The notes under the pieces: model-generated
The model's database searches: none
What the model was told of the DNA's origin: nothing
What the model saw: the letters and a program-made list of their open reading frames with translations, nothing else
Assembly: GCA_963693365.1 (NCBI GenBank)
Contig: CAVNZM010000009.1
Coordinates: forward strand, 7,297,408-7,361,407
Direction: 5' to 3'
Length of the DNA: 64,000 bases
DNA from: Amoebidium appalachense
Taxonomy: Eukaryota; Protista; Ichthyosporea
Shown here: one piece after another, positions 52,047 through 64,000 of the stretch
How the letters are laid out: the number at the start of each line of letters is the position of its first letter
Numbering within the stretch: position 1 is the first letter of the stretch
Program-made: the position numbers and the translations under genes

Positions 52047-53517
52047 TAAAGACATCCTTAAGAATCAAAATGACACAGATATAGTCACGGTACGGCAACC
52101 TCCACAGTACGCAAGCCTCGAACAATTGTCTTTTTGTGACCTAATGACATGTACAGTGTTGTAGTCCGATGATAGTAATACACCGGATAGCTGTGATATT
52201 CATCTGGTCATAATTAGGTCATCCCTCCCTCTCCCCTCCCCTTCCCCGGGCCCCACCGCACATACACACACACAAACACACACACAGAGGGAGGAGGGGG
52301 GGGTAAGGGCGGCAGTCTCATCGGAAGACTGGATCCCCCACCAATTGTTTGGGAGGGGTTCCATGTTGGAGAAAAGGTCAGTTGGGAGGCGGGGGAGGGG
52401 GGGGGGGGGGGGGGGGGGAGGGGTTATCTCACAGAAAGGGTGGGTTCCCCTGCCACGTCTCAGTGACCATACTCAATCAGTAAACAACCCCCCCCCCCCC
52501 CCCCCCAATATGACAAGCGGATATCTACATATGAGTGCACCTGGCATATGTGGGGGGGAAGTGGAAAGGCGGGAAAGGTGGGTTTCCCCCCTCACCCGGT
52601 GTCTTCTAAGTGGTTGAGAGGGCATCAACCCCAACTAGTACTTCAGCACAGAATGACAAAAAACACATGTACATGGTGACCCTCATGGCATCTCCCCCAC
52701 GCAACGTCCACCTACCAGTAACTGGTACCCACATCTCTCCCCCGTCCCGCATCTTCCCCACTTCAAGTCCTTCCCCCCCCCCCCTTCCCCCCCCCCCCTC
52801 CCCCCCCCCCCCCCCCCCCCCCCCTCCCCCACCCTTCCTCCCTTCACCGGCCCAAAGCAGGTCAAAGTTAGCCTCGAGATTGGTGCGGTTGTATATGGCT
52901 TTGTGCTCTGAGCCTAAGTCTTGCCTACTCCACATGTATTGCCCCGAAATCTTCTGATCCTGCTGCGGGTTCCTCCCTCCATGACTGTCTATGCAAACTA
53001 TCCCTGCCTTCCCCCGTCTCCCCTTCCTTCCCTTCCATCCCCCCCCCCCCCCCCCCCCCTCCCCCCCCCCCCCCCCCCACACACACACACAAAATCTCCG
53101 GTAATAAAATTATGAGTCAGTATCGTCAGTAAAGCTTGAACATGACTGACCAAGGGCATGGAGGAAGGTGGGGGGAGGGGGGAGGGGGGGAGGGAGGACG
53201 GGAGGGGGGAGGGGAGGGGGGTGCTATCTACCCCTCCCACAACCCATGGAATGGCATGGTTGATAACACATCATCCTTTTAGTGGCAATAGGCAGTAATA
53301 TTTCAATAACATATGGGGGGAAAGGGGGAAGAGTAAGGGGCGGGCGGGGGGGTGACCCAGGGGGGAGGAACCCCGGGAATGGGGGGGTAGGGGGGCCGGG
53401 GGGTGAAGGCGGAGGATCCGGTACCCGGCAACCAGTTGTTCTTCCGCTGTCTAGACGGGTGGGGGGACTCGAAGAGCATACCACCCAACCGGGCCCCCTG
53501 AACCTTATAAACCCCCC

Positions 53518-53566
<49 letters not shown>

Positions 53567-54153
53567 TGCCCCCCCTCCCCCCCCCCTCCCCCCCCCCCCC
53601 ACCCGCCCCCACACTCCCCCCTTTCTCACCCCAACCCATTCAAAGTTTCGAAATTTAACCCTATGTGAGATTGCAAGAAATTGTGCTCTAAAAAGACCCT
53701 TCACCACAATGTTGCCCCAATGTCTCCGGGACACTCCTATGCATTTCCCTGGGGTTGCAGATCTGAGCCACCCTGACTTCAACCCCCCCCCCCCCCCCCC
53801 CCCCCCCAAACAACCACCACCACCACCCCCCCCCCAACCCCCCCAACCCCCTCCTCTCCCTCCTCCCCCTTCCCCTCCCTCATCCCCTTCCTTCTCTTCT
53901 CCACTTTGTAGCCCAGCAAAAGCATACGCAGGGCTTTAACTATACAGCCATGTAGACAGCTGGTGGAAATTTTAATTATGATTCTAATTCTAAGAACAAG
54001 GCATCAATCATTGATGTTCCTCTGCCTCTAATCCCCCCCCCCCCCCCCCCCCCCCGGCCCCCTCCCTTCTCCCCCCCGAATCACACACACACACACTCCT
54101 TCTCCCCCTCCCTCTCGCTCCCTCTCCCCCCCCCCCCCCTCTCTCTCTCTCAG

Positions 54154-54189
<36 letters not shown>

Positions 54190-54279
54190 TGTGTGTGCAG
54201 GTTTCAGTTTATAACATTGATCCCACAATCCAGCCTAACAAATCTCCCTATGTTTTCAATGATGTTGAATCACCAGTTT

Positions 54280-54381
54280 GGTGACCACCCCACGTTGACC
54301 ATGCATGCACCCATTGTGGGGTGAGTGCACGGGATCCACCAGCACCTTGAAGCGGTGGTTCCCACCAACCAACTTGTAACC
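54280..54381 (+). ncRNA. Candidate novel small ncRNA, copy C (102 nt, degenerate 3' arm, possibly a pseudogene)
   Basis: GGTGACC-ACCCCAC...TGCAC/GTGCA hairpin, GGGAtCCACC/GGTGGtTCCC hairpin, 3' arm TGTAACC. TCCCACAATC 59 nt upstream (54221). TTGCTGAAAAA downstream. Confidence 0.55.
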
Positions 54382-54543
54382 CAAAACATTTGCTGAAAAA
54401 CCCGACTACTGTACATAGATCATGACTATATATGACCGCAAAGCTAGAATTGCATATAGATCACAGTGATTGTATAGCGGCAGAAACGATGCCAACATTC
54501 ACCATTTAAGCATAACAGTTGCCCCCCCCCCCCCCCCCCCCCC

Positions 54544-54581
<38 letters not shown>

Positions 54582-54612
54582 TTTTTTTTTTTCCCCTTTT
54601 CTTTTTCTTTTC

Positions 54613-54644
<32 letters not shown>

Positions 54645-54651
54645 CCCCCTA

Positions 54652-54692
<41 letters not shown>

Positions 54693-54956
54693 AAGAGATC
54701 ACCTCACTCACAACCAGTGGCGAGACTTCCTATTTCACCCAAACACAGAGACAATTCAAGACCTATCAACCAATATCTTAGCTTACCTGAATAAAACATA
54801 AGAGATATAGGGGAAGCATTTGTAACCGAAGTATGTGAACCACACAGTTGCCCTAATCCTTTATACTGCAACTTCCCCCTCCGTAATTCTGCATATCAGT
54901 TATCCCAGCCTCCCCACCCCTCCCCTTTCCCCCCTTGCCCCCTGCGCCCGCTTCCC

Positions 54957-54990
<34 letters not shown>

Positions 54991-55126
54991 CCCCCCCCCC
55001 TCCCCGCCCCCCATCCCCCCCACTAACCCCCCTCCACACACACATGCATACACAGACAATCCCTTCCTCCCCCCCCCCCCCCCCCCCCCCCTCGAGCTCT
55101 CTCTATCTCTCCCTCCCTCTCCCTCT

Positions 55127-55170
<44 letters not shown>

Positions 55171-55231
55171 CGAGGCTCTCTCTCTCCCTCTCTCTCTCCC
55201 CGTCCCTCTCTCCCCCCCTCTCTCTCCCTCT

Positions 55232-55320
<89 letters not shown>

Positions 55321-55359
55321 CCCCCCTCCCCCCCCCCCCCCCCCTCTCCCCCCCCCCCC

Positions 55360-55462
<103 letters not shown>

Positions 55463-55563
55463 TGTGTGTGTGTGTGTGCAGGTTTCAGTTTATAACATTG
55501 ATCCCACAATCAAGCCTAACAAGTCTCCATCTCATGCGTCCACTGATGTTTAATGACCAGTTT

Positions 55564-55657
55564 GGTGACCATACCACGTTGACCATGCATGCACCCATTG
55601 TGGGGTGAGTGCAACCGTTTCAGAGATTAAAATGGTGGTTACCGCAAGTTGGTCACC
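55564..55657 (+). ncRNA. Candidate novel small ncRNA, copy D (94 nt)
   Basis: GGTGACCA...TGGTCACC closing stem, TGCAC/GTGCA and ACCGTTT/AAATGGT hairpins. TCCCACAATC 62 nt upstream (55502). TTGCCGAAAAA downstream. Confidence 0.65.
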
Positions 55658-55776
55658 CAAACTATTTGCCGAAAAACACAATTACTGTAGAACGTAGCCG
55701 CAAAGCTAGTATTGATAGATCGAAATGATTGTATATTGGCAGAAATGATTTTCAAACATTCACCGCCTAACAGGGT

Positions 55777-55807
<31 letters not shown>

Positions 55808-56197
55808 CTTTTTTTTTTCCCCCTTTTTCTTTTCTTTTTAGAGGTTTTTTTTTTCTCTTTTTTTTCTCCCTATTAAGGGGGGGGGGGGGGGGGGGGGAGG
55901 GGGAGGGAGGGGGCTAAAAGATCGCCTCACTCACAACCTTTGGCGAGACTTCCAATATCCCCCCAGCACAGAGACAACAAGGCCTATCACCAATATCTTA
56001 GCTTACCGTAAAAGAGAGGAGATTAAGGGACGCATTTGTAACTTTAACCGACATATGTGTACCACATTGCCCCCATCCTTTTTACTGCAACTTCCGTCTC
56101 CGTAATTTCGCATATCAGAGTTATCCCCCCCCCCCTCCTTTCCCCCCTTCCCCCCTGCCCCCGCTTTCCGTCCTCCCCCCCTCCCCCCTCCTGTTCC

Positions 56198-56250
<53 letters not shown>

Positions 56251-56612
56251 AAAAAATTTCTTAAAGAAGCAAAAGCCACCCTACCCTCCCCTTTCCCCCT
56301 TCTCTGCGGCCAATGTAATCATCGCTCTCCTTCACCTTTTCAAACTTAAGCATCGTGAATTCGCCCGTCACATTTCAACTATGTAATGCTGACTTAAAAG
56401 TTTGCCGTTGAACCTTAGACACGTATGTCGAGATATATGCGAGATATCCATCGCAAAGTTTCCGTCCTTGCGCATGCCGTGACCTGGGCTCATAGTAAAG
56501 TGATATCGATCACGAATCCAATGATTTTGTATTTGCACCGCCGGTCCCACAATCAATCGCCCCCAAGGTTTTTTTTATTATTAATTAAGCCAACGTGGGA
56601 GAACATAAGTTG

Positions 56613-56707
56613 GGTGACCTGCCCATCTCGGGTTAAACCTGCACTCACGCTAGTGCACTTGATATCCCCATGTACCAGTGCTGCACGTGCACTGTCACAA
56701 GGTCACC
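56613..56707 (+). ncRNA. Candidate novel small ncRNA, copy E (95 nt)
   Basis: GGTGACC-TGCCCAT...TGCACT/AGTGCA hairpin...AA-GGTCACC. TCCCACAATC 68 nt upstream (56545; the spacer contains a poly-T run). TTGCCGAAGAAA downstream. Confidence 0.65.
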
Positions 56708-57161
56708 TCTAAATCTATTGCCGAAGAAAATGACGCTGCACCTTTTAATGTAACACAGAATCAGGCTGAACTCGACCGATAACCTTGGCATGAGGCATTC
56801 GCACGGTAACCGGTGTCGGCATTCACTGCACACACTTGCGCCGTAATAACCCTCCCCTCCTACCCCCTCCCCCCCCCCCCCCCCCCCACCCCACCCACCC
56901 CCCTTCCTCCCCTCCACCTCTTCTTGCCAATTCCCCCCCCCCCCCCCTTTAACCCCCTCCACCAGAGCCAGCATCAGTAAACCGCTGATCTTTGAGGAGG
57001 GCCGTGCAACCAAGGGCTGTGATAGTAAGACTACAGGGAATGTAAGCTGTGATTGCGCGTTTCGAAATCAGGTCGGCTGACATAGCCCGCAACACATTTT
57101 TGTTGGCGCCCACAAACCTGTGGGCCGGGGTTAGGGTTTGGCTAGATTAGATTTGATTGTG

Positions 57162-57229
<68 letters not shown>

Positions 57230-57309
57230 GGTTCATTTTTTTCTTTCAAGCCTTTTCTTTTTCTTTTTCTTTTTCTTTTTCTTTCTTTCTTTCTTTCTTT
57301 CTTTCTTTT

Positions 57310-57354
<45 letters not shown>

Positions 57355-57664
57355 CTACTATGCCCAAAAACTTGGCCGCAGGCTGGCAGGGAGGGGCGGA
57401 GAAGGGGGGGGGGGGGGGGCATGGGTGGGGTGGGGGGTGGGGGAGGGGGGACCCATTATTTCACACAGTGCGGTGGATCTTCCCATCATGGAGGAGAGGG
57501 GTTCAAAGAGTGTTTTTCACACTTGATTTTGACGACCGAGATATATGAACAAGCCACACTCGGTCACGTGCATGTGCAACACTAGCTAACTCAGAGTCAA
57601 AAGTGTATATTAAGCGACTGGCATATTTAGGAACACAGACCAATCACATTACTCAGATTACTGT

Positions 57665-57705
<41 letters not shown>

Positions 57706-57739
57706 ATGCGTATGCTTCAAGTTGTGTGTGTGTGCGTGC

Positions 57740-57802
<63 letters not shown>

Positions 57803-57819
57803 TGTGTGCACGTGTGCGT

Positions 57820-57872
<53 letters not shown>

Positions 57873-58030
57873 GTGTGTGTGTGCTCGCACGTGTGTGTGG
57901 CGTGCGTGCAATGTGTGTAGTGTGTACGTGTGCAGAAGTGGGTTGTTATCGGCAAACCATTACTTGGAAAACCCTACTACTTGAGTCAAAATTTGAACTT
58001 GAACCGATGTTTTGAATAGCCTAGTAGTCC

Positions 58031-58061
<31 letters not shown>

Positions 58062-58299
58062 TTTTCCCGAACAACAACAACAACAACAACAACAAAAAAA
58101 ACTTTCCTGCTAAAACCGCAAAATTGGTTACAGAAGAAGAAGAAGAAAAACTTCTGAAAAGACGCACACGTGCATACATACACATACAACTACATAAACA
58201 CACAGAAATACATGGACACAGAGACAGCCCACGATGTGACAGACACAGACACACATCACAAGCACACACACAACACACGGACACACACACGCGCGCGCG

Positions 58300-58374
<75 letters not shown>

Positions 58375-59007
58375 GCACACCGTCGAGGCATGCCCACAAG
58401 CATGCATGCATGCACGCACACACTTGCACAGTGACGTTTCTCACATCACGAACACACACACACACGGGCACATGCAGATGAGTTTACGCACATAAAAGGC
58501 ACTCACACACAGGCCTGCAACGGTGTGCACACACATGCACACAGACACTCAGTGTGACACTCTCTGCTGATACACGTACACACGTACAGAAAGACAGGCA
58601 CACAGGGGGTCGTTGTGACCCAAAATCGAGTTCCAATTTCGTGAATATTATAACCAGGTGTTACTGTCTCCCCTCCCCCCCTCTTTTCCTCTACAAAATC
58701 CGGCCCCCGTACCTTCCGACATTTAGAACCACTCTGCCCGAATGAACAGGAGGACCCACGGGGGAAGGGGGTGGGAGGGGAATATAAACACGGACACCGG
58801 GCCGGGCAGGGGAGAGGAGGGGGAGGGGATTCCTGAAGCGAAACAAAAAAAAAAAAAAACATTTGCTTGAAAGAGAAAAAATAACTGTGACTGTGGAACC
58901 GTTATGGGAAGGCCAGTGGTAGTTAAGGTGGACCAGTGTTTTGTCCCACAATCAGCATCGGAAAAGTTTCGTTTTGCTGACATGCGTAGGTCTGTACACC
59001 TTAGGTG

Positions 59008-59151
59008 GGTGGCCTGTTGGTTTGAGCTCTGCATGTCTTTACGGATATGCAACTTCATCTCTCTCCTCTCTCCTAAGGGCCTTCACCGCCTCTCGCGTGG
59101 CCCTTTCAATGGGCCATGCAGAATTAGGGACCAACATAAGCTAAGGCCGCC
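59008..59151 (+). ncRNA. Candidate novel small ncRNA, long divergent copy G (144 nt)
   Basis: GGTGGCCT/AGGCCGCC closing stem. Nested TGTTGGT/ACCAACA, TGCAT/ATGCA, CCTAA/TTAGG and TGGCCC/GGGCCA stems. TCCCACAATC 64 nt upstream (58944). Confidence 0.55.
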
Positions 59152-59317
59152 CCAAATATCCTTCTTGCTCAATTAATCAAAGGCACAGCAAGAGCCTGTC
59201 AATGTGGGCATTTGCCCATAAGTACAATTTCGCTTCCCGTAAATAATTTCGTTTCCCGAGTTCGACTGGGCCGGGATCCCCCCCCTCACCCGCCCCCTTT
59301 CCCCCCCCCCCCCACAT

Positions 59318-59353
<36 letters not shown>

Positions 59354-60049
59354 TTCTTTCCAGGAATCCCGGTCTCGCCTGAGTACATATCATGATCCAC
59401 ACACTATCAGCACCTTAGACATTCATTTCAACCCTCAGCGGCTCCTACGTCGCAAAGATGTGGAAGGGCCTGATGGGTAAGAATTTATCTATGAACAGAT
59501 TTGATTTGCCTTGCACTTAGAAGCATTTTTCTGGTTCGTGAAATGTCCGCCCCCTGGCCTCCACCCACAATGTCTGACACACACAAAGCTCTTATTAGAT
59601 ACATGACTGCATTCCCCTTGAGAGCCTCTCCTCCCCCACGCCCCCTCCCTCGGTTTCCACCCGGCCTGGTCCAACCAAAATATTAAAATGCAAACCAAGA
59701 AGATATCCAATTGACGTTCCGAACTTCCTGATATGGATGGATGAAGATTTATTGAACCTTGAAGCTCTGCCCCAACATGCTCCTCTTAGTTGGTGTGGGA
59801 CAAGGGGCTGCGGGCTTTTTAAGATGCACCGGGAGTCACCGATGATGTGCGAATGAAGAGAGTAAGAGGGCGTTAATACTTCCGGCGGTTATTACGACTA
59901 AGAGCGTATATGTATACAGTAAAACATAATTGCATTCCCTTGGGCTTAAAATTTGCAGCAGCAGAAATGAAGGAACTCACGCAGGGGAAACTATGATGTG
60001 CATTCGAGAATGATGTTGCGGACAGTAAGTACATATCATGTGGGGGGAG

Positions 60050-60084
<35 letters not shown>

Positions 60085-60145
60085 AGGGGAGGGGTGGGGG
60101 GGAGAGGGGGGAAGGAGGGAGAGGGGGGGGGGAGGAGGGGGGGAA

Positions 60146-60177
<32 letters not shown>

Positions 60178-60616
60178 TGGGGGGGGGGATACAGTAAGCA
60201 CTTTAGTTCGGAAGGCCGAGGGGAGGTGTTAGGCTTGGAGGCTTGGATTGGCATGAAGGGGCAGATGAGGGAAGAGAGCCAATTTGCAATGCATAAATCA
60301 CGCCTGTGCCAATGGCACGCAGATCTCCGTCCCCCCCCCCCCCCCCCCCCCCCTCCCCCCCCCCCCCCCCCCTGCCCCTCCCCCTTTTTTCGTCTTTCTT
60401 TTTTTCCTCCAGTGGGAGTTTTTTTTTTTTTTTTTTTTTTTTTTGGTGGGGGGGAGGGGGGGGGAGGGGGAGGTGGGCATTCAAACTTGTTGATAGTGTA
60501 CATTCTGGTGACATAGTTTCTCCTGCAAGATATAATTTTACTGTGCATAGTGCTGTTGGACGGTGGCTGTGTACTGCAGCAGTACTGACTGGTGTTGTTT
60601 TTCCGCAACATTTTTA

Positions 60617-60690
60617 GGTGGCCTTATACCTTGGCAAGTGCACACACGTGTTTGAGTGCATTTTGCATGCCGAGACGTGGGCTGGTCACC
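60617..60690 (-). ncRNA. Candidate novel small ncRNA, copy F (74 nt, inverted)
   Basis: Minus strand GGTGACC-AGCCCAC...TGCAC/GTGCA hairpin...AA-GGCCACC. ACCCACAATC starts 62 nt upstream (60752). TTGCGGAAAAA downstream. Confidence 0.65.
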
Positions 60691-61247
60691 CATCAAGGGA
60701 ATTCACATGCCGGCAAACCCTTGTTTAACTCTTTAGAAGCTAGATTGTGGGTTCCGGAGCCAAGTAACTTTAAAAATGAAATCATCCATAATGTGGGATC
60801 ATGCTACAATATATATGATAGGGCACTGAGTTGACACTCCGACAATCAACAAACTCCTAATATCTTTGACTTGGGAGATATTGTGCCCAACCACTACCGT
60901 AGTTTTTCGGTTTCGAAAACTCGCAAAAAATTACGATTCTTAGTCAACACTTTATATCAAGGAAGGAACACAAAGGCAGAGATTCCGAGAAAACACCGGC
61001 ATCTTGCGGTTAAATAATTTTGAATTTTGAGTATGGCTAGAGAGGTGAATGGTGGGTGTGCGAGTGTGTGGGTGACGATGGAGTGTGTCTGTGGGGGGTG
61101 GAGGGTTGGGTGGGGGGAGGGTACTAGGGAAACATTATAAAACATGTACATGTAGCAATCCTTGCGTGACACATGTGAGCCCTACTGTATGTATGGCCTT
61201 CGGTCGTGGAATTGAGAGGGAAACGGGTTCTACCAGTGGTTGTGTGT

Positions 61248-61294
<47 letters not shown>

Positions 61295-62231
61295 GGAAGA
61301 GGGGGAGGGGGGAGGGGTATTAGGCAACGACAATCTAAATTGAGGTCTGAAAGGGCACGAAAGGAGGAAGGTGGAGGGGCAGGGAAGGATTAGCCATGGG
61401 GGCAAACTGCCCACATATCATATGTCAAGTCTTTCCAAAGCACAATTCCCACTTCACCCTCCCCCAGCTCATCTCCAACCCAAGTGGAACTTATCTTTCC
61501 TTCTCGAGAACAACGCACTTGGGTGGGTTGGTGGGTTAGTGGGGACGAGGAGCAAGGGGGGGGGGGGGGGGGGGGGGGAGATGGGTGAAGACCCAAGAGG
61601 GAAAGGGTTTTTGGGTAGGTGGGTGGGTGGGGGGGGGGGAAAGGCGCAGTTGTCAGTGGCTGGATGACTTTTTCTTCTGAACCGCGTACACGTACAAGTT
61701 TCTTTCTTCCAGTCTGCAACTCAAATGGTGTATTGGGTAGCCTAGGTACTTCTCAACCACGGAACAACTCCACGGCGCACTTGCACACAATGGCTGTGTT
61801 TGAAGATGACAACGGCCGTGTCCCCGTATTGAATATACATGGCAAGGGCAACAACGAGAAAAGATGCTCCATGTTGTCTAAAAGCATACAGGCCTTATTT
61901 TCTTCGTTCCTTGGTTGGTTGATGGGGTGTGTATTGGGGGGGGGGGGGGGGGGGAGGGAGGGAAGGGAGGAAACTAAATATTCGGGGGGTAAAGGGAGGT
62001 TTTGAGACAAAGATGAATACTGAAGAGGAGGAGGCCTTTAAGGATCTACAAGTAACCTCGTGAGATCTTATGCAGGTAAATGTACTCGCCCGCGCAAGTG
62101 TTAATAACAGCACCTTACGACTCACACTGCAATTCGGGATCTCTGCATGTAGGCTGGGTGCCAGATGCTGCCTCTAAAAAACACAGAGCTAACAGCGTAA
62201 CAGTGATAGAAATAACCATGTATGATAAGCA

Positions 62232-62263
62232 CTTTGGTAGGGGTGGTGGTGTTTACAAACACC
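62232..62263 (-). terminator. Histone 3' stem-loop plus downstream CAAAG (H2B copy 2)
   Basis: Minus strand GGTGTT TGTA AACACC ACCACCCCTAC CAAAG. Confidence 0.85.
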
Positions 62264-62297
62264 AGTTTTTTTGCGCAACAGCACAGCAGCAGACAGC

Positions 62298-62675
62298 TTA
62301 CTTGTTGGACGTGTACTTGGTCACGGCCTTGGTGCCCTCAGACACGGCGTGCTTGGCAAGCTCACCAGGCAGCAGCAGACGCACGGCCGTCTGGATCTCG
62401 CGGGAGGAGATGGTGGACTTCTTGTTGTAGAGCGCGAGCTTGGACGCCTCACCGGCAACACGCTCGAAGATGTCGTTCACAAACGAGTTCATGATGGACA
62501 TGGCCTTGGAGGAGATGCCGGTGTCGGGGTGCACCTGCTTGAGCACCTTGTAGATATACACGCTGTAGCTCTCCTTTCTCTTCTTCTTCTTCTTCTTGTC
62601 ACCTTTCTTGGCGGCAGCGGCGGCGCCGCCCTCGCCGGCCTTCTTCTCGGCCTTCTTTCCACCCTTGGGAGGCAT
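62298..62675 (-). CDS. H2B: Histone H2B, intronless (copy 2, protein identical to copy 1)
   Basis: Same 125-aa translation as 48337-48714, with synonymous differences. Confidence 0.99.
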   Translation of the reverse strand: MPPKGGKKAEKKAGEGGAAAAAKKGDKKKKKKRKESYSVYIYKVLKQVHPDTGISSKAMSIMNSFVNDIFERVAGEASKLALYNKKSTISSREIQTAVRLLLPGELAKHAVSEGTKAVTKYTSNK

Positions 62676-62950
62676 GTTTGCGTTGGTTGCGTGGTTGAAC
62701 GAAATTGCAGATGAAATGGGCGTACCTTGACTATATAAAACAAGGTGCGGATCGGATATTCTAGAATAGCCAATGCTTTGTCAAGTTTAAGTTTTCCGCA
62801 AAAGTGGGGCAAACCCTTTTACCTCTTTTTTCTTTCGGCCGATCGCATTTTCGACTCCTTTTGCCTCATAACTTTTTGCCCTCTTCAACGGTCTCAGCAA
62901 CTTTGACTTATCAAAGGACTCATTATCCCAACAATTGCTCATATAAATAG

Positions 62951-63412
<462 letters not shown>

Positions 63413-63445
63413 GTGCCTTGTCTGCTTGGTACCAAACAGCAAAAC

Positions 63446-63473
63446 GGTGTTTTAAACACCACCCTTTTCAAAG
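63446..63473 (+). terminator. Histone 3' stem-loop plus downstream CAAAG (H3 copy 2)
   Basis: GGTGTT TTA AACACC ACCCTTTT CAAAG. The 3-nt loop may be a collapsed T run. Confidence 0.8.
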
Positions 63474-64000
63474 ATTTTACTATACACTTCCAATTTAGAA
63501 GCACATATTTTCACAGCTTGTACCCTGGCACAAAAACGTATGCACTGATAGGTCCACAAGGTGGCTTTCAATCGTGCTCAAAAACCAGATGCCAGTACCG
63601 TTTTGATATCAACTCGAAGCCCCTTTTGTGTGTTTGTGTGTGTAAGAAGTATATTTGCGCATTCATGAATGACTATCGCCTACATAGACGATCAAATAAG
63701 GAAACGCTAATAAAGGGAAAAAAGCACCCTCAGTCTTTTGCCAACTCCCCCCCTCCCCCCCTTTCCCACTCCACCCACCTCCTCTCCAAAATATCGCAAC
63801 CCCCCTGCCCCTGTTATGTGCATCAAACACTCCACTCTTACGGCTTCAATTGTTTTAGTAACTATGCTGACTAGCTTGTTTGCGTCGCGCCTGCACCTCC
63901 TCCCCCCCCGGCGTCTCCTTCCCCACCCATGGCCAACACACAGACACACACGCACCACATCCTCCCTTATGCTCCGCCTTCCTCCTTGTCTCATCACTGC

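Noticed and set aside
54201-54321. AG...GTGAGT-bounded exon-like segment, duplicated at ~55482-55604
   Set aside because: Reading frames are not conserved between the copies and contain stops. The conservation is better explained by the upstream motif plus ncRNA.
57072-57145. GGCTGACATAGCCC...GCCCACA/TGTGGGC hairpin as an eighth ncRNA copy
   Set aside because: No TCCCACAATC about 62 nt upstream and a poor closing stem.

Overview
Eukaryotic, intron-rich DNA full of (CA/GT)n, (CT/GA)n and very long poly-G/poly-C tracts. Most computed ORFs (HTHT/VCVC/PPPP/GGGG) are microsatellite artefacts, and some homopolymer indels look like long-read errors. Genes supported by hand-spliced translation: a PNRC-like protein, a 4-exon class C (mGluR/GABA-B-like) GPCR, RPL22, a 9-exon HDAC3, an ODR-4 orthologue, and six intronless core histones in divergent H2A/H4 and two H3/H2B pairs. 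The gene set suggests a unicellular opisthokont or holozoan (inference only). Two non-coding signals stand out. (1) Between the two inverted H3-H2B pairs lie seven 74-144 nt structured elements closed by a GGTGACC...GGTCACC stem. Each sits 59-68 nt (exactly 62 nt in four) downstream of a (T/A)CCCACA(A/T)TC motif resembling snRNA upstream elements (Dictyostelium DUSE, plant USE), and five are followed by a TTGCNGAARAA box. This is a candidate undescribed small ncRNA gene family embedded in a histone locus. (2) All six histone genes end in a variant stem-loop (GGTGTT-TNTN-AACACC-ACC) followed 8-11 nt later by CAAAG, which suggests SLBP/U7-like 3' processing.
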